Of a DNA stretch of 64,000 nucleotides, positions 19,981 through 32,600 are shown one piece after another. Origin of the DNA: the human T2T-CHM13v2.0 reference genome, Homo sapiens. The notes beneath the pieces were generated by a model. It did no database searches and was not told the origin of the DNA. It saw only the letters and a list, made by a program, of their open reading frames with translations. Made by a program: the position numbers and the translations under genes. Location of the stretch: assembly GCF_009914755.1 (NCBI RefSeq), contig NC_060926.1; one strand, 5' to 3'. Every line of letters starts with the position of its first letter. Position 1 is the stretch's first letter.

Positions 19981-20449
19981 CCAAAAAAAAAAAAAGAAAT
20001 TCCCTGTACAAAAGGAGGGCTACTAAAGAAATCTGATGTCCTTTCTGAAGTGAAGGTCTTTGAAGCTAGGTACAGAGCAGCCTCATTTGGGTAAAATTCA
20101 GGTTTCTGGCAACTTTAAGCTTCCAAATGCAATCATTCAGATATTTAGTGGGTTTTACTACAAAATTTGACAGTAACAAATGATCAAGCTTATCAAACCC
20201 TTGATTAATAAATGTGATTATTTGTCTTTTTTCCAGCCTCCAGCAGATTAGAAGAAAATGAGAAGTGAGGATGAGAAAGCTATTACTGCACAGTCTATTC
20301 ATAAATGCTCAAAACGATGTCCCTGAGTCACTTAAATGTGTTTGACTTATGGTGGGTATCCTCTTATAAAAAGGCAGTTTTCACAGAATAGTAGAATTTG
20401 GTTAAAAAAAAAAAAAAACTATTAGAAAAATTTACTTTAACCTCCTTTC

Positions 20450-20730
20450 CTTTTTTCTAACTTTTTAATGAAATATAATATTCATGCAGAAAACTATCAG
20501 ATTAAAGTGTATAGCTCACTACATTAAAAAAAAGTGTATTGTGATCAGCATCCAGATTAAAGAAAGAAAGGTTATTTCCAGAAACCAATAACCCTCTTAC
20601 CCTTTTTCAATCACCACATTCCCCACCCTCCCAAAGATAGTTGCTGCCCTACTTCTAACAGCATTGCCTTTGTACTTTATATAAATAGACTCATACAGTA
20701 TGCACCCTTGTACTACTTTGTGTCTGAATT
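20450..20730 (-). mobile_element. Old L1M 3' fragment
   Basis: ttttaatgaaatataatattcat...aagtgtatagctca...ttatataaatagactcatacagtatgcac. Confidence 0.7.
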
Positions 20731-23700
20731 ATTTTAACTTTTTTTTTTTTTAAATAATGACACCCAGGATGTGACAGGCACACAAATAATGACCAAGCAA
20801 GGAATACAAGAAGCCACAGGTCTTCATCTTTGGACTAAAGCAATTCTCACTAGCTCTTTCAGAAAGTTTTTGCTCCATAAGACTTTAACACATTTTCATC
20901 TTAAAAGATGTTTCAACTATATGAATCAACAAAGAAACAAAGATATAAAAAACAATAAAATTAAACATCTAAGTAAATAATTTATTATATGCAAAATGAG
21001 TAGCTGCAATGTCAAATTTTGTCTGCTTAATCTCACGTGTAATCCAGATATAAATAAGTTATTGTTTTGAACGATAACTTTATTTTTATGTCCTCTATGC
21101 CTCCACAAAATTAACTGTACCTAACTGGCCAATTTTCAGAAGGTTAACTTATCTCTATGAATATATAACTTCAATAATTCTCATCTTTGCATAGATGTGT
21201 GATGAACAATGTGGAAGTAAAAATGGCTGAAAACACAAACAAAAAAATTAGTAGATTGACTCCAGAATACTAATGCTGTGGTCCTTTGCATCAGAGATTA
21301 AGTATGCTTCACTAGAAGTGTGGAGGTAGGCCAGCTGAATCCTTGTGGTCACTCACCAGCTGAATGCCCCCCAAACCCTTGGTCTTGGCCTGAAAGTTAT
21401 TTTATTTTTCTTTAGTGACTATTGATAATATATTATTTTGGAGACAACCTAAAATCGGTAACAGAAGTTAGTTATGTCTATTAATAAAACAGATTTATAA
21501 AAAAGAAGTATCCCAAAATGGCATACATATTTAGAAATCCCTAAAATTCTTAAAGAAAAATGTTTGAATTAATAATGTTCCATTTTCCCTAGCATTTCTA
21601 TTTCCTGTTTGGGGAAATTGTCAATATGATGTCCTGCAATGTTGTTTTTTTAGGTTTGTGATTAGTTTTTGTAATGCTCCTTATTTTTATCTGGTCTAAT
21701 GTAACACTGCACTTAGCATGAACTAAAAATTGTTATTACTAATTGATTTAAATTAATTTCATAGGCATTATATTACATAATAAAATGCAATAAAAATTGC
21801 ATTCTCTCTATATCTAACAACTCAAGTTTAGGGGAATAAATTTAGCAAAGGCCCATGCAAATCTATAGGTCCTTTTTCCAAATAAAAATTTTGAATTTGA
21901 AAAGGAACAAAAATTTATCACATGTATAAAATGTAGAAAAGCGTAACTTTAGCACGCAGTTGGCTGATATCTAAAAAAACAGCCACCCCCATAAGATATA
22001 TAAGCAAGTGAAAAAAGACACATATAGAAACAATATCATTTCCGTTCTCAGCTCAGAGGTCACATGTGAAAGATTATTAAAAAGAAAATTGTTTGCTGGT
22101 TGAAGTTAACCCTTCCCACATACCATGTCTGTGTAATGTCTAAGTTGACACATTGTAATTATGTGAAAGCCATATTTAAACATGAAGTTTTCAGATGTAT
22201 ATTTTTATGAATCACTTTGAATCACTCTTCTGTATGAAACATTCATTTGAAAGGCATTTAAGGTAAGATTTTCAAATCCGTTTTAAGAGGTGGTTGACTT
22301 TAACCAAAGATTTAAAATTAATTTCACTGCTATTTGTCTTTAAAGCCGCCACGGTGACCTCAGAAAGTCCAGACTTTCTACTGAAACGTGACAGGAGATC
22401 TAAAATTATCACAAGGGTTTCACAAAATTTTAAAATCCAGATTGATTTTAATTTGAAAAAAGTCAATACTTTATCTTCTGAATGTGAGAACTTTAAATAA
22501 GCTGAACAGCACTGAGTTACTTAAACAAGTTGATTTCAAATGTGGAACAAAGGCTTTTCATTTTCACTTGTGGGCATTTCCCATTTTGGAAAATGGCATG
22601 TGGCTGAGGCAGCGGAACCTGTCTTGGTATGGCAAGAACAGTGGCATCAAGGAACAGTGCTTAGGAAGTCATCAGTACCTGTCTTGGAAAGCAGCCCATT
22701 TGTATGTGCATTGTGTTTTTTAACAAAATGTGTATCTGCTTGCCTGTGGGAGTGCCTCGTGTATGTGTGTATACTGCAGATCATTTCACTGTGTCTCAAT
22801 TTCCTCATCTATGAGATGGTCACAGACACTGCCGTCAGCATTCCTCAAATTCCTAAACCTAGGCTTTTGAAAACCAGCTAAGGATTCCAAAGTAAATGAT
22901 GGGGCTTGGAGGTATAAAGAAAAATGAAACTGAGCTGTTATAACTCTTTTCCACGTTTCCAAACTTGAGCACACCCATTCCCGACCAGATCCCCTTTCCC
23001 ATAATTTCCACTTCTGATGTTGGACCATGACTGGAAAAAAAGGAAAGCTGGAAGAAATAACTGAAAAATCCAAGAGGAAAGAGTGAAACTAAATCTCCTA
23101 ATAGAAAAAGTGGAACATGATTGTCCTAATTTCCTAATCGTCTGCCCCTGAGTTACTGGTAAAAGCACTAAGAGACGTCCCAGATATTATGATCCTTTTA
23201 CACAGCATGCAGATGGAAAATCAGGGTGGGATAAAGGAAGAGAAGAACAGAGAAGAGGCAGATTAACAGAATCAAATTCCAGATGGGAAAGGATGGAGAA
23301 AGGCAAATGGCATTCGGGCTCTCCCTCTCAACTATTCATGCTTTTTCCTATGGGAGAAAAGGGAGGTGGTTTCTTCTGGATGCTCTAAGTCTGGGCAGAC
23401 AATAAAACATCACCACAGTGACAGCCGGGTTATTACTTTCCAGCTTGTGACCAAAATGAGACCCTAGTGTGGCAGAATTAAAATTCGCAATCTCATCCAT
23501 GAAAGGATTTTCTGTACCAGACGTTTTGTTAAAGGTCTTTAAAAAACAGCCTAATGTGTTAATATTGAAAATAGATGCATGTAATTTGAGAATGAGTATA
23601 AAATACCGTGTGTATTGAATTAATAATGTTTCATTACTCACCATCACAGAGTCATTATTTTAAATAACCGTATTTCATTTCAGTGGACAGAGTGTAAATG

Positions 23701-25704
23701 AGTATGTATTTTTATGTAAAGTGGACCTGCATCATTATTTATTCATGAGTTTTAAAAGGATCATTATTTTTGACAGACAGCTCCTGTCAAAAGATTTATG
23801 CATAAGAGCTCATGTTTCCCCACAATAATCATCAATCAATAAACTTTGGAACTTGGTACTTAAAATTCAGTGTTACAGAGATGCACATTTTGTTCTAATT
23901 AAACACATGTTTGCATTTGGAAAATAAACTGCAACCTCAGTTCAAATATATAAAATATAAAATATCAATATTGCCTAGGCAGGGTGAGTCATGATTTTAG
24001 TTTGGGAATGCACCTTGTTACATTTTAAGTAATTGCTTTGCTTCTGCGCATCAGGCTTTTTTTGTGTGTGGCTGTGAGGCAGATGGGGAAGCTCACAAGA
24101 TGTGGCTTTTAACATTGTGATTGGTTATCAGTGATGGTAGTTTTCTGAGCAATGATATTATAGCTCCCTGCTTTCAGCCTTATTTGAAGGGAACTAGGAG
24201 GGCATAAACAAGGCATTCCAGTGGAACAGAAAACATCACATGGCTTTCAGTATGGGGCTTGGAAGTCAGTTCAGAAGATGGGGAGACATGATGAACAGAT
24301 GATAACATATAATTGCAAAACAGCAAAACTGCAACTGAAACTGATGACAAAGCTGAAGGAAAACAATTTCTGAACTTCCAAGATGAAAAAGGTGATGAAT
24401 TACCAGTATGATGCAAAGATTTACTGCTCAGAGAAGAATTCTTAGTGGTGATACAGCCTTAACCTCAGAGAAAATAATTGAAAGATTTGAAAGTCTCTTG
24501 GGACCAGCTGTCCCTTCGGGATTTCCATAAACATTCCATTAATGTGCTATCCCCAAATCACTCTGTCTCCAGATAAGCTAATAATGCTGAAGATGATTAT
24601 TATCTGAAATGCCCTTTTGAGTAATCTAAATCTAAATGCCTGAATTAAGTAGAATTTCCTACTTGGCAAAGTCCATTTTCATATCTGGATTTTTCGAATT
24701 TAGATTATCCATTATTTTGATATATCACTTTAGTATCAGACACTCAACACCTAGTTTCCTTTCCATCAGAGTTTAGAACTGGGCAGTGGTGCATCCATCT
24801 CTCATGCCTTCCCCTATGAGCAGAGCAGTCAGGTAAAGCCTGGGGCGCAGACAGGAAGAAGCCCAGGTACAGGACACTTTTAACCTTTGTCTGGAAGATA
24901 TGCAAATTCTATTTCTCTTTGATCAAGCAACTAAACAGCTAAACTAATGAATAAAATGTCAGGCCTTTCCTTGATGGGGAGTGGGTGGAGAGAGAGACAG
25001 GCAAGAAGGAGAAGGGAGATGGGAGATGTGGAAGGTCAGCAGAGACAGCCGACCACTTTATGAACAGCTAGTGAAAATAAATGAGTCCTGAGAATGGATG
25101 GGACTAAGGCACTATAGAACAATTGCAAAGATAATGTCATCCCTATTTTTGTTTTAATTAGATTAGAAGTTTAACTTTCAGAGCTATCAACAGACTTTCA
25201 GGAAGTAAACTGTCAGTTTAATAACACATTAAAAGGTGAATTCAGTTTCTTACATAAAGCTCTCTGGACAATGCTGAAATAAGTTTTGGGGGAAGAGGTG
25301 GAGAAATGGAAAGTTGAACTTTTCTCTATGGGAAGTGAGTAGTTTTGGAGCAATACCAGAGTGATAGACATGAAGTCAACTTGGGGAGATGTAGGAGAAG
25401 TCACACTGCTGAAGAATCGGAGGCTTTAGTAGAAAAACCTGCCAGTGAGAAATACTCTAAATTGGGAATGTCTGAGAGCCAAGAGTTGGATGTTTAAGGT
25501 TATGAACAGACTTTTTAAAGTGTGTTTTAGGGAAAATTAGGAAAGGAGCCTCTTCCATCAGTTTATATTGCACAAAAGAGAATAGCTGCAGAGGCAAGAT
25601 TAGGATAATGGGGGAAGCAGAAATGAGAGACAGATGATCATTACAAAATATGCTCAGAAATTCACATTCTGAGAAAGCTTTTTGTAGGACATGGGATAGG
25701 AGCT

Positions 25705-26993
25705 GTAGGTAGGGATGCCATAGAGAGAAAGATACTCCAAGGTATGGTGCATTGGTATGCTGAGCACTTTAAATTAAAAGAAATTGGAAGGACTCAGAAA
25801 TTCATCTCAAAACCAAGGTCTACCAGCCCCTGTCTTTCTGAATCCTCTTTCTTTTTCAGAGAGAGATTCACAGGGATTCTCTCTGGAGTTTTATTTCCTG
25901 ACCAAGATAATTTCTTCCCAAAAGGAAAGCAATTGTCTTAAGACTCTTTCCCTGGGAATCTCATTAAATAACCAGGAAAGATTAACCCTCTTCCCATTTA
26001 GAAAAAAAAAGTGCAGCTCACTGCCAGTACTCATTTAATTTTACATAAACACGCTCTTTGAGGCAGAAGCAAATATGACTGATTTTCAAAGTGAAAATAA
26101 AACATGAAAACTGTTCTTGGAGTTATTTCTAAACAGAACTAACATCAGCATCATCTGAATCATCAGAATCATCTATTTCAGAAAAATCGGCTCCATCGAA
26201 TGAATCTTTGGCCAACAACTGTTGGAGAACGATGTTAACATCTCATGTGGGCATGCTACATTTTCTAGGATTTGACATTTTCAGCAAACAAGAATTACTA
26301 TATTTTGTAAATGGAAATACCACTACTAACACCAGAATGCTATAAATAGGATGATGTCTTTTGTTTTAAGTCAATATACTACAGCAATGCTAAAATAATA
26401 AAAGTGAGATATTTCATGGCAAAGTTAAGTCGGGATAAACACTGCAGCTGCAAAGGCTGCCAGCGTGTATGCTCAGGGCAAACAGGAAAAGGGTTAACTA
26501 CAGAATAGAGAAAAAACTAAAAGTCGTCACCACACCCAGATAGACTTTCCATCTATTCTTCTGAGGGCAGCTCTGAGAGATCGCCTGGGACACTTTATCT
26601 GCATAATAAGACAACCTTTGTTCACAATGCAGTTCCACTCCTCACCTTCTCATAACTTGTAAGTCCCATTCCAATTCCAAAGAGAATCATTTACAAAGCA
26701 TTGGTTGGTCTTCTGGATCCATTCATTCCCTCTAAAAATTATTTACTAGCCCTCTAACAATTGCCTACAACACGCCCTCCACTGCTGCTCCCATTTCCCT
26801 CTTCCTTGAAGAAGATATTTAAGCCCCAACCATCTGGCCTGTTTGGAGTCTCATATTTGAGTGACTTCCATGTTCATATTCATGCTAATACATTTGTTAT
26901 GTTTTTTTTCCTGTTAATTTGTATATTGTCATTCATTTTAGGGGATCTTCAAAGAAGGTAGAAGGGAAGCCTTCTCTCCATCTCTACGCTACA
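25705..26993 (+). mobile_element. ERV1-class solo LTR (MER34/MER39-like), split by MER75
   Basis: gatactccaaggtatggtgcattggtatgctgagcactttaa start, tttatctgcataataagacaacc internally, ...ctaca end. The sequence rejoins across the TTAA insertion site. Confidence 0.65.
25986..26493 (+). mobile_element. MER75 non-autonomous piggyBac element
   Basis: TTAA TSDs at 25982-25985 and 26494-26497. TIRs CCCTCTTCCCATTT / AAACAGGAAAAGGG. Body gtgcagctcactgccagtactcatttaattttacataaacacgctctttgagg. Confidence 0.9.
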
Positions 26994-27744
26994 AAATATG
27001 TTATTGAGAATTCTGTCGTACTTCATGCTTATTAATAAAGTCTTAGGTCATTATTAACTTTTTTTCTGGATAAATTTCCAAGAGACAGATTACCATTTTA
27101 AGAAATATGAAAGCTAGCAGATGTCAACTTGGTGTGTAAGGAAAGGAAGATGCCAAGGCTCTGGTAATTTTGAGCTATTAGTACACCTAGTCATTTTCCA
27201 GGTCAAAAGCAAAGATCCACTTCGCCCTCATTAGAAGAGAATAATTGAAATCTATGAAGGTGTTTAGTGTCTAATTGGTGAGAAACCTAGAGAGTCAGTA
27301 TTTCTGAGAAGCTAGAGGTTATAGGTTTCTGTTTGTCAATACAAGAAAAGATTTTATACCCTGCTTTTGGTCTGGTAGCTAATTGGTTAATACACATGTA
27401 TATTTATAAAGCATGAGATATAAATAGATGTGTGCCATATGTACTTTAAGTCACTTAATTATTTTATATTAATGTAAAATATATACCTGCATATGCATTT
27501 GACAGTATTCTGAGGTGGGGCCATAGCCTTTTCTTTGAGTTCTTATTGGTTTCACATCCTCCTTTTATACACAGATTTTATTCATAATGTATTATTTTTC
27601 AGTTTCAGTGGCTTTAAAGTGGAGTAAGAAGATACAGATACTTGCTCAACAATCTGAGTGTTGCAACCATCTATGTTCATATTTTCTGTTTGTTCTTTTC
27701 TTGGTTGTTGTTTTCCACAAAACTTAAGTGAAAGTAATTCTTTT

Positions 27745-28600
27745 TAAGTAAGACTTTTAATTGAATACATGAATAGACTACACTCAATTTAAGTGTGAAT
27801 ATAATTTTTCGGATACATTTTCTGCAAGTGAACACACCTTTGTGACTGCTACCTAGATCAAGAAATAAAACATTGTCAACATCCCCAAAGTCCCTCTCCA
27901 TCACTTTCCTACCATCCACCCCCCAAATTAATCAATATTCTGACTTCTGTCATCAGAGATAATATGTTTTTGACCTCTACTTAAATGAAATCACGCTGAA
28001 CATACTCTTTTGTGTCTTGCTTCTTTTGCTCAACTTTCTAATTGTGAGATTCATCCAGGTGGTTAGGTGTCAACGTCATGTGCTCATTGTTATTGCTCCG
28101 AACCATTCTATTGTATAACTAAACCACCATTTCATTTGACTTCTAATAGACATTTAGGTTGCTTCTCATTTTTTGCTATTATCATAGTTCTACTATATAA
28201 ATTCCAGTATGTGTCTGCTAGTGAACACATTGTATCTTTGTCTTGGCTATACACCTGGAAGTTGAATTGTTGGATCACAGAGTATATAATTTTCATGATT
28301 AGTAATGCTGTCACTTTTCAAAAGTAGTTGCATTAATTTATACTTCCACAGCACGTGAGAGTTCTAGCTACTCTGTATCCACCATCATTAGCTCTATGTA
28401 TTGTCAGTCATTTTTATTTTAGTCATTCAGATACACATGTAGTGGCATGACATTCTGGTTTGAATTCATATTTCTCTGATAATTAACGTGGTTGAGTACA
28501 TTTTCATATTTTCTTCTCTTTTTGTTAAATGCCCAATAATGTCACACATTTTTAATTAGTTTTCTGTCTTTTCTCATTGCGTCATATTGATTCTTGTTGA
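27745..28600 (-). mobile_element. Old L1M 3' fragment
   Basis: agatcaagaaataaaacatt...atactcttttgtgtcttgcttcttttgctcaac...gacatttaggttgcttc. Confidence 0.8.
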
Positions 28601-28799
28601 TATATACAAATACAGTATCTAAGTGGCTTACCTGGATAGAAGCTCTAACAAAGCAACTGATGTGTTTTTCGATAGAACAAAACTACCTGTTTTCTGCACT
28701 CATATTTCAGTAGTTTTCTTCATAGTTAATAATTTTCACAATTGCAATAAGAACAACTATAATAAATACTTAAAAGCATAAAAATTATAATACCAAACT

Positions 28800-28921
28800 G
28801 AATTGTAAAAGGATGATATAAAAGATAAAGAAAGATAGAAGCTCGGAAGTTTTACTGCAGCAACCAGGTGCATCATTTTGTGCAACTTAAGGGTACACAC
28901 ATCCCACATATCTTGGAGCAT
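28800..28921 (-). repeat. Inverted copy of 30231-30342 (possibly an old hAT-Charlie MER fragment)
   Basis: Reverse complement aligns to 30231 onward with 12 mismatches in the first 72 nt. Confidence 0.85.
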
Positions 28922-29189
28922 TGAGCATTTCACAAAATGCTGAAAAAGCACTAATATCCTAATAAGTCTTCCTTCTGTGCTAACACAGTCTCTTCCAAAT
29001 GCCAAACCCTTCGTTCTAAATAGCCAAAGGCTATTTGTTCATGACAGCAAAGGACAAATTTTACCACAGCAAAATGATACCTAAAAAATTTCATCTGGAT
29101 CCACCCACTTTTACTTCCTAATTCCTGTATCTTGTATTTTTTTTTTTTTCAATCTTTACTTGCCTGTTTTGTTTGCTTGCTTTGGCTAA

Positions 29190-29480
29190 ACTTTTTATTG
29201 AGGCATAATTTACATAAAATAACATGCGTGGATTTTAAGTGTACTGTCCAACACATTTTGACAAATTCATATACCCATGTAACCACCAATCTTATCAATA
29301 AATGGAATGGTTCTATTAAGAGAGAAAATTCCTTTGTGTCTCTTCCAAGTCATCACCCCCTCAGCTTGTCACTATTGTGATTCTATCACCACAACTTGAT
29401 TTTTCCTGTGCACTAACTCGGCCAGCCAGAATTTCATGTGTATGCCACATGTGTTTTTTGTGCTCACTCTTACTCAGTCT
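29190..29480 (-). mobile_element. Old L1M 3' fragment
   Basis: ctttttattgaggcataatttacata...ttttgacaaattcatatacccatgtaaccacc. Confidence 0.75.
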
Positions 29481-29535
29481 TGACAAAGTCAATTGAGGCC
29501 TCTGTTTACTCACCTGAGTTCCCTCATACATTACC

Positions 29536-29800
29536 CTGTGGTTTCCTAATTGCAATTATTGGCATTAATTGATGCTGGTGCCATTTTTGATCATGTGGGT
29601 CTGTCTTGAGTGCCTTGCATTTCCAAAGGGCTTAACATTCTGAGAGCCACAGCATGTTTGAGTCAAAGTGTCAAAAGATATGTTATGTTTGCATTAATTA
29701 CATTTCTGATTAAATGAAATGTGTTAAAGATATGTAGTATTTTATATCATGATGCTGGTAATAATAAAATGATGATAATCATAATAAAAATACATTGGTA
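29536..29800. repeat. Composite local duplication: inverted copy of 33078-33209 plus direct copy of 32143-32280
   Basis: Manual alignment: 125/132 identity for the inverted piece; ~12 substitutions and two 5-bp indels over 138 nt for the direct piece. TCAAA is shared at the join. Confidence 0.95.
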
Positions 29801-31114
29801 CAGTTTGGTACCTGCTTTGGCTTTGCTACTCCTGTATTGTTGAGGAAATCTCTAAGGGTATCTATCCTGCAGCGGGTGGGAAATGAAACTCTCTGAGAGT
29901 CATCGTACGTCACCAGAGGCTCCTTCCAGACTGCAAAGGTCAGAGTCTTTGTATTCTGCTCCCATTTAGTTTTATATCTTTCTGCAAGAGGGAGAACTAC
30001 AGTGTTTCTTATATAAGTTACATTATAGAGTCTTGTTATCACTAGGAGAGAGTAAAGGATTCAGGGTTGAGCCTGGGCTACCAAACCATTTGGAAGAAAT
30101 AAACAATCATAAGATCAGGTGCCAGCAATCATTGTACATCTAGTATTGCCTACAGACTAAAACAGTAATAGCACAACAAGAACTCTTCAAAGTTAAAGTT
30201 GTGCCATGGCATAAAAACATTTAGGAATCCATGCTCCAAAGTATGTGGGATGTATGTACCCCAAAGTTGCATCAGATGATACATCTAGTTGCAGCAGTAA
30301 AAGATGAGTTTCTATTTATCTTTACCTCTTCTTTTTACAACTCACTTTTGTACATATATGTTTTAAAATGTAAAAACATAATGCTACAAAAGGACATCTT
30401 GCATAAACAAGGACATTCAAAAAGTATGGGCTTCCTATATTATAATAGAAAAGGGTTGGCAGGTACATCTGGTAGACCCAGGTGTGCACTTGCTGCCCCA
30501 TTCAAAAGCTCATTTGGCTCCACAGGGTCGAGTGATGAGGTTGTTCCTTTGATGGCATTTACTGCCTGAAAGTTTCCTCTCTTCCTGGTCACTTTTGAAA
30601 CAAATATATACCTTAAATACTTTGGTATGCTGTATTTTTGCCTTATCTCAGGGCAGAGAGGACAATGGAAACAGTTTAGAGAGGTACATAATTTTACATT
30701 TTCCCAAATTCTCTATTCTAAATTTCATTAATGTTTTGGGAGCCTAATTTCCCCCAATCAATGGTACCTGTAAAATTATCACTATTTTTTTTCACATGTG
30801 CCACTTAGCTTTTCCATTGTCTCTTGGAAACCTATTCCTGGAGAGAATTTACAAGTCCCAGCTCAGTTCCTCAAGGAAGAAAAGGATGGAGGAAATCCTC
30901 AAGAGCAACTACTGCTGGGGAGGAAGAGAGATCAGGAAAAAAGGCCTGAAATTCTGTTGAAACAATCACTAATATTAGACACAAATGCATCCATGGTGGT
31001 GAAGGATGGGACCTAGAAGGTATTCAAAAAAAATTATAGATTTAATTATAAAAGAGGTGTCATTGATACCATGCAGCCAGATTATTCTTTCTAAGAGAAT
31101 TGGTGCTTCATACT

Positions 31115-31481
31115 TGTATTAGTCTGTTCTCATGCTGCTAATAAAGACACACCCGAGAGCGGCTAATTTATGAAGAAAAGAGGTTTAATTGACTCACAGT
31201 TCCACATAGCTAGGAAACCCTCATAATCATGGCAAAAGGTGAATGAGGAGCAAAGTCATATCTTACATGGTGGCAGGCAAGAGAGCTTGTGCAAGGGAAC
31301 TAACTCCCTTTTATAAAACCATCAGATGTCGTGAGACATATTCACTCTCATGAGAACAGCACAGAAAAGACCCATCCCCATGATTCAATTACCTCCCAAC
31401 AGGTTTCCCCATGACATGTAGGAATTATGGGAGCTACAATTAAAGATAAGATTTGGGTGGGGACATAGCCAAACCATATCA
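31115..31481 (-). mobile_element. THE1 MaLR solo LTR
   Basis: tgtattagtctgttctcatgctgctaataaagac ... agccaaaccatatca. TSD ATACT at 31110-31114 and 31482-31486. Confidence 0.93.
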
Positions 31482-31611
31482 ATACTGAACTATGTATTCA
31501 CAATTTCTATCTGTTCTTCCAGGTGAACAGTATTCTGTATTTGTACACTTAAATTATGTGTATACTAAATCTTTGTTGCTGTATACATTCATGAAATATA
31601 TACTTTGCCCT

Positions 31612-31805
31612 TGATATGGTTTGGCTCTCTGTCCCCACCCTAATCTCATGTTGAATTGTAATCCCTAGTGTTGTTGATGGGGCCTAGTGGGAAGTCATTG
31701 AATCATGGGGGTGGACTTCCCCATTGCTGTTCTTGTGATAGAATTCTCACAAGATCTCCTTGTTCGAAAGTGTGTAGCACCTCCCCCCAACACCCGCCCC
31801 TGCCG

Positions 31806-31851
<46 letters not shown>

Positions 31852-32037
31852 TCTCTGGCACTGTAAGATGTGCTTGCTTCCCTTTCACCTTCTGCCATGA
31901 TTGTAAGTTTCCTGAGGCCTCCCCAGAAGCAGAAGCCCATACACCCTGCAGAACCATGAGCTGATTAAACCTCTTTTCTTTATAAATGACCCAGTCTCAG
32001 GTATGTCTTTATAGCAGTGCAAGAATGGACTAATACA
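31612..32037 (+). mobile_element. MST (MSTA-like) MaLR solo LTR with internal (CT)n
   Basis: tgatatggtttggctctctgtcccc ... gactaataca. TSD gccct/gtcct. (CT)n at ~31808-31848. Confidence 0.9.
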
Positions 32038-32339
32038 GTCCTAAAAGAGCAGGTTTGCTAAAACACCTAGTTATTCTGACATAGAGATCTATTAAAAGTT
32101 GTGTTAACATAACTGTTTACGCAAGTAAAATCTCAGCTGAGTTCAAAGTGTCACAAGATATGTTTGTATTAATTACATATCCAATTAAACTAAATGAAAT
32201 ATGTTAAAGATATGTAATATTTTATATAATGATGCTGGTAATAATATAATGATCATAATGGTAATAAAAATACATTGGTAATTGATTTCACTGCTACTGA
32301 TGGATGTAGCTGTTATTCTTTATTATCTTAAATGGCAGA

Positions 32340-32600
32340 TATAACAGATTAGAAATGCAGAGCCAATGGCGAGGGGAATATACAATTGTAACGCAGGACC
32401 CCAGCTTTTTATTTGCATTATGCAGCATTCAGTGCTGAAACAATGTTAATCCATAAGCTCTTGGCTCAGACAGAAGGAAGTAAGCCACTGCCCCGAGTCC
32501 TATGAACTGTGTAAGTCTTCAATAGACCCAATAGGAGGTCACCCATGGTTAGTGGAGCTGCATATTTCATGAGATCTGCATTTATATGTTTCCTGAAAAG
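32340..32600. promoter_or_regulatory. Candidate enhancer (POU/SOX/CCAAT motif cluster)
   Basis: Octamer ATTTGCAT 32411-32418, TACAATTGTA 32381-32390, AACAATG 32439-32445, and CCAAT at ~32364 and ~32528, all in repeat-free DNA. Motif evidence only. Confidence 0.3.

Noticed and set aside
20220-20330. Possible terminal coding exon after tttttccag (SSRLEENEK*)
   Set aside because: All three frames stop quickly and there is no upstream partner exon or homology.
28634-28770. Short matches to 33186-33235 and ~33607 (agaagctctaa, acaattgcaatwagaa, acaaagcaac) as further templated shards
   Set aside because: Only 10-20 bp in AT-rich DNA, so indistinguishable from chance without a statistical alignment.
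29801-29810. CAGTTTGGTA, the reverse complement of 28791-28800, right at the patchwork end
   Set aside because: The position is suggestive, but the match is only 10 bp and does not extend.
28757-30569. Paralogous small proteins sharing MLQxMWDVCTxKLHxMxHLVAAVK
   Set aside because: The similarity is explained by the DNA-level inverted duplication. It stops at the repeat edge, and the substitutions are not biased to synonymous sites.
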